NCBI GenBank assembly: GCA_963924565.1
Contig: OZ004611.1
Location: 29,264,001 to 29,328,000 of the forward strand
Direction: 5' to 3'
DNA length: 64,000 bases
From: Ascidiella aspersa
Lineage: Eukaryota
Shown here: positions 37,101 through 49,446 of the stretch, piece by piece
How positions within the stretch are numbered: the stretch's first letter is position 1
How the letters are laid out: the number at the start of each line of letters is the position of its first letter
Made by a program: the position numbers and the translations under genes
The notes under the pieces: generated by a model
The model's input: only the letters and a program-made list of their open reading frames with translations
The model's database searches: none
Told to the model about the DNA's origin: nothing

Positions 37101-39461
37101 GCTGAGTAAATCTCTGTCATTTTAAAATCCCTGTATGACAAAAATGTAATTGTTTTATTTTAAGTTGCACATAATTAAGTAAATTCATGCACTTCAACTC
37201 ACTTCATTTCTATTTTACTACACAAAGTACAATTTAAAAAAAGGACATGCATTTTACACTTAAGAGTCACAATTTTACAAATCAATTTTTTAAGGGGCTT
37301 CATAGATTTGAATCTGCGTGTAAACAATATTTGGTTTTAAAACATTTAAACTTAACAAAAATAAGTTTATTTTTATTTAAACAGAATAAGTAACTAGAGT
37401 AACTAATGCAGATTTTTTCAAAGAAGTTTGCAAACAAGATTTTTGATCATTATCATTTCATTAAATAGTCTGAATTAAAAAAATCAAATCTTCACACATA
37501 TTAGTTTATATCACAGTCACACATGTACTTTTATATATGGGGGTAAAACAAACCTTTTTTTGGTTTCATTGTCTGCCTTGCTCACTGCAGAATCCACTAA
37601 AGTTTTTAGAATGGAGCCCATTCGTGTGCTAGAGTAAAGGGTCGGGTTCTGCCAGGACTTCCACGGAATGCCATTGCCACCGTCAAACTTACCGTCACTG
37701 TCAACCACATACTTGTCAAAGAGTACATAGCGCCAGTTGTCGTTTGCACTGAAGTAGATGCGATTTAGTGACAGCAGACTGTAGGAGATGACATCATCAA
37801 AAACGTAAACCTGAAAAACATCAGAGCTTTAGAACATATTTTACCTGCAAGCATCACAGTTTAAAAAAATGCATAAATTTATTATTATTTGTAGCAGTTT
37901 TTTTATAGTTAAAGAATGCATAAATTTATTATTATTTGTAGCAGTTTTTTTATAGTTAAAACATGCATAAATTAATTATTAGTTGTAGCAGTTTTTTTAT
38001 AGTTAAAGAATGCATACATTTATTATTATTTGTAGCAGTTTGGTTCAAACACAATCAGCATTGTTTATTGGAGAGATTTCAAAACTTTTATCACATTTCA
38101 CCTAAGGTTTTTTACTGTATTTCCATATACCTTTATCGAAAAATTCACTACAGGGCTTAAAATAATTCTGGTGAACTATTAAACATAACTAATTTATAAT
38201 TTTGTTGTTTTTTGGAGCGATTAACGATTTTATGGTGTGTAGCCTGCTAACAACATGTGCCCAAGTTAGTAGTTCCTAACCTTGTTCAGTTTACGGCACC
38301 CCATATAGTTTGTGTCATCTTCTTAAGTTGCATTTTCGCTAAGTGGTTTACTGTGATGTTACAATAAACAGAATTGAAACAATACACATCAATTGAGCAC
38401 AATGTATAAGTTAGTGGTTCCCAACCTTTTTTCTATATACAACATGTATTGTTTGCCACCCTTGGTCACATTTTTTGTTAAATAGTTTATTGGGATTTTA
38501 CCAAAATTAAAACAACACACATTAACTGTGGACAATGTAGGAACAAAAACTTAGTTTATAGCACTCAAGTCAAAATCTAAAATTTGTATAAAAAAAAATC
38601 CAATAGAGCAAGAGTTGAGATATAAAATAATTTGAAATGTCTCTTGCCACCCTTGAGTGTTAAAATTGGCAACCCGGTTGGGAACCACTGCCTTAAATAC
38701 TAACAACAGTGGCAGTCCGTGATAAAATACTTACATTATTGACCAAATATTTTACCAGGCCATTAACTATATGCATCTTAATGCGGATATTTTAGGTTAC
38801 ATATTGCGATACAGATGTTACAATTACAACCAACAATTTCTCTGAAAATAACAGGGTTACAATTAGACAGCAAACAATTGGAGCACAACAAACAAGTTAA
38901 AAACAGCCAAATTTTGAGAAAACAATGCGTCTACTTTGGGACCTTTTAAATATTTCAGTCTGCCACCTCTTTGCATTTATTAAAATTTGCAACACCCTAG
39001 GTTTAACAGTTTAAAATATAACATTTTATTTTGTTTGATTTGGCATGCATTTGCTAAAGTAATGTGCATTTTGACGGTTTTGTTTCACATTAAGTTTGCA
39101 GTCAGCATATCAAACAGAAGAATATACAAAATTATATGGACTTACTCGTGACCCTTTAAACTCTTTGCACGACCCCCAGCAGGGTCGCGATTCCCAATTT
39201 GTGAAGTCCTGGTCTACATTACATTTAACTAAGACACATCAATGGACAAATAACATCAACTGATATATATTATACATTAAAGAAGCTATTGCAAAAACAA
39301 CAAACCTTTCTTCCAGTTTTTGAAGTGTACACTTTGGTTAAATGACTTTGTGCGTATTCCGGGGTCAACATCTCTTTGGAGTAGTACTTGTTCTTGTCCA
39401 TCGTAACATCCTGTCCCAAAACAAGAGTGGCCACTAGGGCGCAGCATACTAATTTCAACAT
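28139..39461 (-). CDS. Signal-peptide protein with two tandem 2OG-Fe(II) oxygenase (prolyl-4-hydroxylase-like) domains and an acidic/helical C-terminus (711 aa, 9 exons)
   Basis: Exons 39461-39306, 37810-37554, 37130-36755, 36355-36248, 34978-34777, 34667-34518, 33187-32935, 30916-30781 and 28636-28139 are all GT-AG and phase-consistent (2136 nt). Domain 2 has TRFHLD...VTFLLYLSPNW...YGETAF...YGRAVIFNG.FPHSAHPP...PRYTFAVK (HxD...H...R). Domain 1 is a recognisable degenerate repeat of it. Confidence 0.9.
29234..29947. repeat. 42-bp minisatellite, 17 copies, in the last intron of the oxygenase gene
   Basis: Unit GGTTCGGGAACTCGTATTCTGCACGAGTTTAGCAATGTATTA, head to tail with no spacers. Each unit contains the palindrome AACTCGT-N7-ACGAGTT. 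Confidence 0.97.
31880..32858. mobile_element. Nested hAT-type MITEs (inner element 32154-32831)
   Basis: Outer ends CAGTTATTCTTAACC / GTTGAGAACCACTG. Inner ends CAGGGGTCGGCAACC / GGTTGCCGACCCCTA with CCATAAAA on both sides (the right copy offset by 4 nt). Confidence 0.75.
33841..34356. mobile_element. hAT-type MITE
   Basis: CAGGGATGTCCAACC / GGTTAGACATCGCTG ends with GCGGCC subterminal motifs. Confidence 0.7.
35119..35190. repeat. 72-nt hairpin (perfect 21-bp inverted repeat), probably a miniature MITE
   Basis: ACACCGAAAGCCATTGCAGAC / GTCTGCAATGGCTTTCGGTGT; a related sequence lies at about 54277-54333. Confidence 0.8.
37869..38042. repeat. Minisatellite of about 47 bp, roughly 3.7 copies
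   Basis: ATGCATAAATTTATTATTATTTGTAGCAGTTTTTTTATAGTTAAAGA is repeated in intron 1 of the oxygenase gene. Confidence 0.9.
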
Positions 39462-40007
39462 AACCTATTTTGCAGCTTGCCCTTTTGTAAGTAAATAACA
39501 AAAAAAAAGTTAATGGATTATGTATTGTCATGTATCAATAGGCCCAGACACTTTTATGACAACAACTTTTTTACAGAATTTTGAGACAAACGTCTAAATA
39601 AGTTTAAGTTTAATTTGATTGAGCCAAGTATTAATGTTTCTTCAATTGTAGTTTCTCCTGTAATGAATGAATAGTGCTCAGAACCAATCTTAATATTTTT
39701 TACCTAACAAAATTACTGCAGTCTGCTAACCAATCAAATTAAACAGGAACCAAATGTGGTAAAAAGTAGGTGCCATAAAATGTATTTACACAATTTTCTT
39801 GTTTTACAAGGCCTTAAAATCCATGCTTCAATTTTATACTTGTGTTGTGTAAGAATTTTATCAGAGCAAAAGACAAATAACACCATGTAGGGTAATTCTG
39901 TGTTGAGGATCAAATACTTAAATTTTTAGTTGACAATATGCAGTTAGTTACAATGCTTGCCCAGAAAGCTTTAAATTAAGAAGTATAGTCACTTGGGAAA
40001 CAATAGT

Positions 40008-40203
40008 GCGCTGGTCTAGAATCCTACCACAGCGTGAAAACAGTTTTTAAAGCAATGCACAATATTTGGGTTACAGTGTGGACTGTGGGTTAGTGTTTGG
40101 GTGAGTCAAGTATTACTGTTTAATAATATTGCTTCACCTACACAAACCCAAACCCGCACACAACCCAAATAATGTTCGTTGTGGTAGGACTCTAGACCAG
40201 CGC
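40008..40203. mobile_element. Foldback-type MITE
   Basis: GCGCTGGTCTAGAATCCTACCACA / TGTGGTAGGACTCTAGACCAGCGC termini with internal inverted GGGTT/AACCC repeats. Confidence 0.8.
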
Positions 40204-42832
40204 CGAACTTGAATATGTTGTCAAAACGTTGGATAACCATTATTAAGATTACGTTAGAAGCTATTTATTAGATTATAAATGTTAATTGTTAGCGTAACGT
40301 AATCAACTAAAATTAACAATAAGCATTCTTATAGAAAGTTAAACTTTGATAAAACACCTGCTTGCAAAACGACATACACCTAAATACAATGCGTTCAAAT
40401 CTGCCGCCAGTTTTTACCACTCTGTGTTAACATCAAATACTAATCGCTTACATTTTTCGTAATGTATTCATTCTTTGACAAAACCAAGAATAAAAAACGG
40501 CTAGCAACTAAAAACAAAAATGCGCAAGTACAAATAGTGAATTTAATTAAAATCATTTTTTGCCTTTCGACTTCAAAGTCCTACGAACAAACTCGGAAAA
40601 GTGCTAAATACGCAGTTACTTGACCAGACTGGCATAATGCATGGCTGACTGCAATCACGTAGTCAGTTCTCTACAGACTTCGGCATATGGAAGTAAAGGA
40701 TACTGGGAAGGCAGTCTGCTTTGCGAGCCGGAAAAGCAATACGGCTGGGCTATTCGCGCACGCGCGTTTCAGTAAAAAGCGTGATAAAACGCAGCCAGAA
40801 AATAACGCAATACACAATACGAAAACTCAATTGGCGTGTTTTATTTAGGGCGTGAGCCTAACAATGCAATTCCAGTAGCGCGACTGACCAGTTTTTACGA
40901 TTGTTAATTTAAGCCTGTAAGGCCTTTTCAAACAACTTATACTTATATTATCTGAAATGCGAAATTAAGCCGTAACCCGTTCTGCAGGCCTACACAGCGG
41001 TAATCCACCAACTGAAACCCGAAACCATCAAAGCAGCCGTGGGGCGATGCTACACAGCCTTATACAATACTACTTAGGCCTACACTTTTTTATGTCGCAC
41101 AATCATTTTATTGGCAGATTATTAACTTTTGCGCAGCACGTCTTGAATTTTAGTTGACGTTATCATTACGTCGACAAAGTAAAACTAGCTTGACGAGCAG
41201 TTTCTTTTTATCCAAAAAGAAACCCAGATCAAGGTCACGTGATGCATAAGCAACATAGCAAAAACACAGCTTTGAAGAATCGAAAATAGGGCCATAAAAA
41301 TGCGGAAGAAACAGAGACACCTAAACAGTTTGTAATCAGATTGCATAACCTGAAACGAGCATATAAGGATGTCTATGAATTTATCTAACCAGGTAGGCTT
41401 AATTGATTGGATCAAATGAGACTCTCGAATACCAAATCCAGCTTATTGTATCATAGTTTACGAACTCGGTTAAACAAAGGCTCTAACTTTAATGTAGGCC
41501 TAGTAAAAAAACCTAAACAAAATCAGGTTGTATGCGTCTGGTTTGAATATCCACATTGTAAGGCTATCACACATCAGTAGACGGCAACAGCAAACCTGTT
41601 GAGTAAAATGCTTAGGCTACCCTTATCATTTCAAAAAAGTTTCGTCAACCATAGACCTTGCATTGTTGGACGAAACAGCAGAAGAACCATTCCGAGACTT
41701 CACATTTAAAATACCGAAGGTTTTGCGAACACTGCTACGTACAGTAGAAGTGCAGTTTAACAGGCGAGCACTTATTTTGAAGAGTTGAAGTTTTTTAGTC
41801 GTATTTGCGTTCGACTAAAAAAGTCGCAGCCTAATTGTCATCTCATAACGTGGTGTCATTTTGGAATCGCCCAGTTTACAGAACTGCTTTCGGAATTATT
41901 GGTACAAAATACAGCTGAGTTTATTGAAAAAGGTGACGAATTGTAGGAGAGGTTGCATAGCCGATAAAAAATTGTACAAACAGCAATAACCTGCATTAAA
42001 TATATTTCGTAGAGAACGTAATGAAATCTGTTTTACGTCGTGGGCAGGCGCGGAACTACGATTTTTATTTGGCGAGGCAATGGAATTTTTTCATTACGTA
42101 ACGTCTTACAAATTAACCTGAAGCACTCGGTGGAAATATGTGTCACACAAAAACATATCCACACGGTTCATTAATTTTAAGTTTTAAGGTTTTGCGTTCA
42201 GTGTAAAAGCTACATGACAAAGATATTATCGATTCGTGCAAAACGAAAAACGCCCATAGGCCTATCTGACTTCCATTTTCAAGGGTTCGATGCGACGACC
42301 ACGGGTTTGGCTAAAACGTTCTTATCAAAATAGGCTAATAAAGACATCCTATAGTAAGAAAACTTCTATTCGCCCGTAGCGCTTACATTTTTTGCATTTA
42401 GCCTACCAAGTTGAAATAGACAAAATACAGTTTGGAGAAGCCATGGCCACGTTCGCCCGCTCTAGCACCCCTAAAAAGATGATAACTTTATGCGGCGAAC
42501 TATAGTTGAAAACCACAGCTGCCACAAAAACAACTCATATAGTCATGTCGATAGAATAAACTCCATTACTATAGCAGAAACAACACTATTCTTTAAAGAA
42601 TCGGTGTATTTTTATGCTGGTGAAAAGAGATTGTGAATCACTGCTCAGGTGTAACAAGTTACATTTACAGTAATTAAATCGTTTCAATGCTACAAGAATT
42701 GGACTTCCTCTGTTTGAACTATGCCAGTGTAAAGCATTCGTTCTTCAGTGGTCGACTGGCTACTTGATGATAAGCGCTGATGTAAAACATGGTGCAGGCT
42801 TGGTCACTGTTTATCTTATGAGGTTCACCTCA

Positions 42833-42846
42833 GGCGTATAAAAGGC
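42833..42846 (+). promoter_or_regulatory. TATA box of LU-CCP-VWA copy 1
   Basis: GGCGTATAAAAG about 140 nt upstream of the ATG; the same motif lies upstream of copy 3. Confidence 0.55.
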
Positions 42847-42976
42847 ATTACGCTGCACTTTCATCAACGAAAGGTCAGCATTTTGTACGTGAAATCGGCA
42901 TAAACATTTTTACAGTTTTAGATTGCGATGCAATTGCTGTAGTTTCACATAGATTTGTTGAGCCTTTAAGAACAAT

Positions 42977-45900
42977 ATGGCTATGAAACTTATTTCTATT
43001 TCGTATTTGTTTAGTGGTATTTTCTCAGTTATATTCTTTAAAAGTGGTAAGTAATCGTGCGTTTAAATTTAAAGTAAGTCATTTAATAGTCAAAGCATAA
43101 TGACTGAAGGTTTTAGTAGAAGAGAAGTTAATCTTTCCTTGACGTTACCAATATGTTTTAATTTACTTCCAACATGGTGAAGAAAGCACATGTTTTCTTT
43201 CACATTTTTAAAAATAAGAATTATTAAAAACGTTGACAAAATGAAACCTATCCTTCGTATGGGTCTTTGATATTCATTATTAGCCAATAAAAACGTCTGA
43301 AACAAATGTTATTTTTAAACAAATTTAGAACTATAGTACACTTGCACGTTGTTATACATCAGAAAACGAGTAATCTCATTTTGTAACATTATTATGGCCT
43401 TACAACTTCTCATAAGCTTAAACCCAAATTGTGTTTTACAATAATCTTTATTCCCGACCGATAATAATGGCACAAAACTGACAAATTCATTTTCTCAGGC
43501 TCATGCACTAAATGTTGGGAATGTGTTAACACGGCGAATATTGAGGAATGTTTAGATTCTGGAAATCTAATTTCATGCCAGGACTCCGAGGTATTTGTTT
43601 TTTCAAAGATCTGAGAAATATCATGTTGGCATTTCTGAACGTATAACTTCCTAGACTAGACAATCCACTTTGTAAACTTCTTTACATGACCAACCTAACA
43701 CCATGAAAATAAATTGTCTAGAATTAAAATAATTTGAAATAAAATTTCGTGTTTTTTTATCTACATTGTCATAGTATTACCAGACACGAAATAAAAAAAG
43801 CCAAGTGCGCAGTAATATTAAATACGAAATAAGACTTAACTTTTGTCGGAACGTTACCTAAACCTGTCGGAAAACAAACTTTTCGGAAAAATCCTAAAAT
43901 TTTTCGGAATAGGAAAATCCCCAAACAACCTGTTAAGTCAGGGCCGGGCAACTGCTCTAGTCGAATGTCCCGATATGGGAAAATAAGGTAGTCTATGTGG
44001 CGGACCGGATTCCTGAATCTATACATTAATCGTGCATTGGTCTACCTATACAAGAAATAAATCTTATTTAATTCAAACTTTAAGTTTAATGCACACAGAC
44101 CAAAAGAGTATTCAATGAGCTTAATAACGTATTGTACTTCAATAGCCGCTTAAGTAGTTGGGCAGTGCGGCAAACTGTGGACGCGGGCCACATTATCATT
44201 TAAGACCGTAAATTGTCTGCGGTCCACTCAAAATCGCAGGCCGGGTCCGGACTTAAATTAATGTGTCTTACAAAATACTTTAATGGATAACTGTATATTG
44301 TATCTTCCGTTCACGTTAGGTGTGCTCTACTGAGGTTCGCAAAGACATTGACAACATTAGAATTTGGAAAGGATGCAAACAGAGAAAGGCCTGCGAAAAT
44401 CAACGACTGCAGGTGATAGTGGTTCAGCTTACCTCCCCTGTATATAATATTGCTATTGTAATTATGTTAAATAGTATATAACTATGATACTCCCAGAACT
44501 GGGAGAGAGCCCCTTACACTTGCAACAACGACCAACCAAACTCCCACTGCTGGTGCTGCTGCGACAGCGACTCGTGCAATGTCAACGAAACATGCGAAGG
44601 TATACTGAAATGTTTTTTTAAATCCACCTTTTTCCAACAATTTTAAACATTTATTCATTAAATGTCGTTTAACGGATGTTAACATAACTGCTGATTTTCT
44701 AACACCAAAATGATTTATTTAGATAAACGTCTTTAGTTTTAATAAGAGTTGGAGAATATAGTTGTACATTTAATTAATAGTTTTATGTATTTTTATTTGC
44801 TTCTTTGCAGCGCTCAAGGACCCCAGGGTTGGCGTTTAGTGGCTATACCTATTTGCCGCAAAACTTTCAAAATTTCAAGGAACATCTTATGCTTTAGATG
44901 GCTTTTACTTTGTAGTGACAGCTAGAGAATGCCCGATGCCATCGCTTCAGTTCAATCACGGGCTGATAAATTGTTCAAACTCTAACCACTTGGGGTCGCT
45001 GTGCAGCTACCAATGTACTGAGAAAGATTATCATGAGAAGCCTCTGAACAAGCAAAATCGACTGTGTCTGGGAAATGGAAAGTGGAGTGAAAAGAAACCT
45101 TGTTGTGTCAGTAAGTGTCCCTGTTGAGCAGCTGGGCTACTAGCACCATAGTTTTATTAGCAGTGTTTTAAGTGCACTTAAATAACTGTTTTCAAATTAA
45201 ATGACTTGGATTTGACTGGCTCACTTAAACTCGACTTGTTATTTTTTCAAAAAGACTTATTTAGACTCACAACACTATTTTTTAACGCCACGACACTACA
45301 TATATATAGAGCTAAGGGTTAAAAAAGATACATACAAAAACATCTTTGTTAGTCACATTAAGGAGGTATTATATTGGTTATCAGATGAGACCTAAAAAGT
45401 AATACCAGTATATATTTGGTGTCTATCTTATATCGGATTTCGCACGCCTGTATGAAATTGCAACCGATTTAGAAAAAATACCACTACCATTTACTACTGC
45501 ACAATATTTAAAGCAAATAAGTACATATGTCTGAGTTCATCGACTTGGTTTGTAAGACTTTTATAGAACAATTACAGTTACAGAACAACGAGTTTTTAGC
45601 CGTATGTCCACCAAACAAAGCACATTATTTTGTACTTTTTTAACCTTTTTTGCAGGGCCGTGCCCTCCTTATGTGCCGCTAGATCTGGTTGGAGTTGGTC
45701 ACTTCACCAATGAGGAAAACTTAAAAAGCAGATTTGGAGGTCTGGCTCCACTTTTCGGGTAACCTACCCTTTATTCTTATGATTTTACGCCTTATTATTC
45801 CTATGAATGTGAGATTTTAGATCTGAAACTTGAGTAGTTATCCTAGCACAATCTAAGACGACCAGAGAAGTTTTTAATAGACGTACGGAATCATTAAATC

Positions 45901-48272
45901 AATTTAGAATTTTCATTAATCCTGGACTGGCTTAGGTTTCAAATGAAGGTACATGATGGACTATGATAAGTCGTTAATCAACTGATACTATATAGTCGGT
46001 CGTTGAATGAAATTAACGTTGATCAGAAGCACAACTTGAGAAACGCTGGTTCACAATTCTTGTACACCTACGTATGAAATTCATTAGAGGCAGAATATTT
46101 TTACATCGGTGAAATTCCTTGGCAAAATTACTATTAGGGTTAACTGTAAATGTTATTGGTTTTATATCCGTTAACGAGTAAAAAAAGTAACTGGGTCGCG
46201 GCACGAAAATATCAATATCCGGAATTATATTTGCTGTACCGATATATAAACGCACAGGTGGATTATTGTCTATCGAAGGTTTAGTCGCTAACAAAGTTAA
46301 CGAAACCTTAGAAAAGGGAAAACATTTTGTATGATGTTTTCAATTTAAGAAATATTTTACACTGGTTATAAGCCGCAAGATTGGTAGGTATTAACGTTAT
46401 TATAATGTCAGAACGCCAACTCAAACTTATTTATCCATATATAGTTTATCTTTCTACTGTATAAAACTATATGGTTCCGTAGCATATCCCGATAAAATCA
46501 TTGGTCAAAATAATATTTTTGTTAAACGTCAAATAACACAAATGCCGGGTAATTATCAACACTTGAAAACCATTCATTTAGCCGGGTTTATTTTCGATCA
46601 GAAATCTCGCCAGGGGCGAGGATTACTTTCAACTGTACTTAGTTTATTTCGACGAGGAGGTTTACCACGTTCAGCTTCCCGAGGACACAACGGTGATTGG
46701 ACCGTACCGACAATTAGGCAAGTGATCACAACGAGTTGCTATGACATTCTGTTTTTGTTTACACTGCTCATAAAACAGGGTTCCGCACGCGCGCGTGATT
46801 GTTTGCGTGTTTGTTTGTGTGTTTTTGTAGGTTTTCTGTGTTTGTGTGTGCCTTTTTGGTGTGTGTCTGTTTCTGTCATTGTTGTTGTTAAACTATACTG
46901 TAATAGCAATCGTAAATTCGACAATAATCCCATTTACCAATTATCAAATGCATAAACATCAATGTAACACAAACACTCAATCCCCCAACTCCCACCCTTC
47001 ACGAAAAACTGCTGTTTTTTCTGAAAGTGTTGAGTCAGGTCTAGCATGTTCCCCCTGTACGTCAAAGCAGATTGTAATATTTCGGCGACAAACTTTACAT
47101 TCCCGTGTGATAAGACACAAAAGATTGATGTTTGCTAAACAAACCCTGTGCAGTTTATGCAACGAAGGTAATTTTTCTGTTCTAGCCAACAACACGGTCA
47201 ACAGTGGCGCTGCGCTTAGGCACGTTTACAACAACATACTTGGTCGCATGCGTCGAAGGGGTTCACAGAGTGACATTATCCTCTTGGCAGTTGAGAAAGA
47301 ATCAGACGACGATGTTGTATCTGCCGCTGCTGCGCTCAAAAGAGAAGGAGTCACGGTAACTAAACGAAAAATAAAATAAATAAACCAAAAACATCTTGAC
47401 CGTAATATTTTTAAATTTTTTTTGTCGAAAAATTTCAACCAAGGAAATAGATTCAAAAATTGTAGCGTAAATTTTTTAACGATTGAAAACACATACAGAG
47501 CAGAAAACTATAGGTAGGCTATTGAGAACACAGCTTTTGACTCTTGTTCTAAAGAGTTAAATTGTTTTCAGTTTCCACGGTCACAATTTGTTTGGAAATG
47601 TTGATCAGTACCGCGTCACAGGTAAATTTTTCGTTAGCAGTCTTTCATAGCTAACCCGAAAATCCATTTTAGGACAAAAAATTATAACGGACATACTGCA
47701 TTTTTTAATTCCTTCTAACGTCTTTTACACAAACTTTTCGCTAAATTCACCCCGACACACATTCACACACAATACAACTTTGAATAACCCTGCTATGCTG
47801 AAAACGCCTTGTTGTCTATGTCGGTTTAAATTTACCGCTTAAAAAAAAAATAACGATGATTATATTGTGCTTACTTTGACATATGTTTATTAGGTTTACC
47901 TTTATTGAATGATAACAATTTCAAAGTTTTGAATTTTTTGTTTGGCCGGCGATTGTCAATCCTTTAATTATCCAGTCCTTGAAAGCCAATTCTTACAGGT
48001 ATTCGGTCCCTTGGGAAAAAACAGTTTGATGATCCCTGCTGTAGAACCACAATTCGCAGTAAGGTAAATTTGGTTATTGTTTGTAGATTGTTTACGCTTT
48101 CTATCAACTTGCTGGCCACAAAGTGAACATGGATGAAGCGAGAGCAGTGGCCACCTCAGAAGATCACATTATTGTCGTTGGAGGAGAAAAAGAAGTGGAT
48201 TTTCTGCAAATGTTCAAAAATTACTTTGCTCTGGCCTGCGATTACCCTTGTCCGAATTCTGATGAGAACTGA
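42977..48272 (+). CDS. Secreted Ly6/uPAR-like Cys-rich + CCP/sushi + VWA-like protein, copy 1 (375 aa, 9 exons, intact)
   Basis: Exons 42977-43046, 43499-43590, 44320-44412, 44497-44599, 44916-45110, 45656-45758, 46602-46717 (GC donor), 47186-47355 and 48087-48272. Motifs: signal peptide; CWEC...C...CSTE...KGCKQ..AC...CWCCC...CN (three-finger-like); CP...HG..C..SNHLGSLC.Y.C...CLGNGKWSEKKPCC (CCP); LDLV..., NSGAALRHV...SDDDV..AA..LK..GV, ARAVATSEDHI (VWA). Confidence 0.88.
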
Positions 48273-49446
48273 GCTTGAATTTTTTGTCTGCTGAAAGACA
48301 AGCTGTAATTTAAGCGAATGGTGTTAATTCTATGCTTGTTAAGTTTAAAATATATGTAAATCAGTCAAAAACCCTATGTTCATCTTTCACTAATTTCCAA
48401 CGGTTGTCTGTATGACATGTTTTCAAATACCGGTCATACACTTTTCGTTTTGTACAGTAGGTGATTATCACACAGTAAACATGTAATAAATCAAATTTAA
48501 ATGTTTGTCAAATTGAGTGTTACAAGCTGGATTGAATGGGCCAAATAAAAATTGCTTTTAAGTGTGGCGTAAACTAAGGGCTATGTTTTATTGGTCCGAG
48601 TAATGCGCACCACTATTGTTAGCTTAAGTGCATTTAAACCTGCATAAACAAGAAGATTTTTTACCCAGTTTATTTGCCCAAGTATAGAGACCCTCAGTAA
48701 ATGCGATGTTGTTGGGTAAGTGACAAGCTTAAACATTAGCAAGTTTTGTCTATATTAGTTTCAATTGTAAAGTTTGGTTTTGCAAACCATACTTTTCAAT
48801 AAACTTAGCAAGGACCAAAACCAGTGCTTCCTAATCTTTTTGGCCTGGCGATCTATTCTTTTCTATTTTATGGAGGTGGAGCGAACCAAGTGATAACCTA
48901 ATACTAATAAACGAACTTCCACGTTCATATAGACGTAATCCCGTTAAGCTGTAACTCGATGTTGCATTGAATATGTGATAGTGGAAATAAATGTCGACCT
49001 CAAATTCCGGATCAGAACAAGAGAATACTTTAGTAAAGCAATTCAGGTCACACATTATTAATAAATCTTAAGAGATATACATTTCACCAGTAAAAGTTTT
49101 GTCAGTATATCTTAATTCGAGTGAATCTACATCTACCTTGCATAATTCATTCGAATTAAGATATACTGTTTTATTTGCGCTGACATAAGGGTTTAACCAA
49201 TTTGGACATCTACCTTGTCGATCATTCCTGAGAATAATTTTAAAACGGCCAAAGTAAAAACATGTCATGCTACTGGGTTTTGTAACGCTATCGCTCATGA
49301 TACAAAACCGCAAAATTGCATCCCGGGCGTATTGTAATATTGTGTTTATTTATTCTGTAGATCAAGTCGTTTTCCTCAAACTAAAAATTGAGGCGAGATT
49401 TGCTAGAAAGCGATTATTTTACGGGAAGTTTGCCAGTGCGTTTGCG

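Noticed and set aside
44811-44827. Micro-exon in array copy 1 (strong acceptor TTTGCAG)
   Set aside because: At 17 nt it would shift the frame between two phase-1 exons, and copy 3 has no counterpart.
46542-47492. 137-aa, 177-aa and antisense ORFs as standalone genes
   Set aside because: They are off-frame or intron read-through extensions around exons 7 and 8 of array copy 1.
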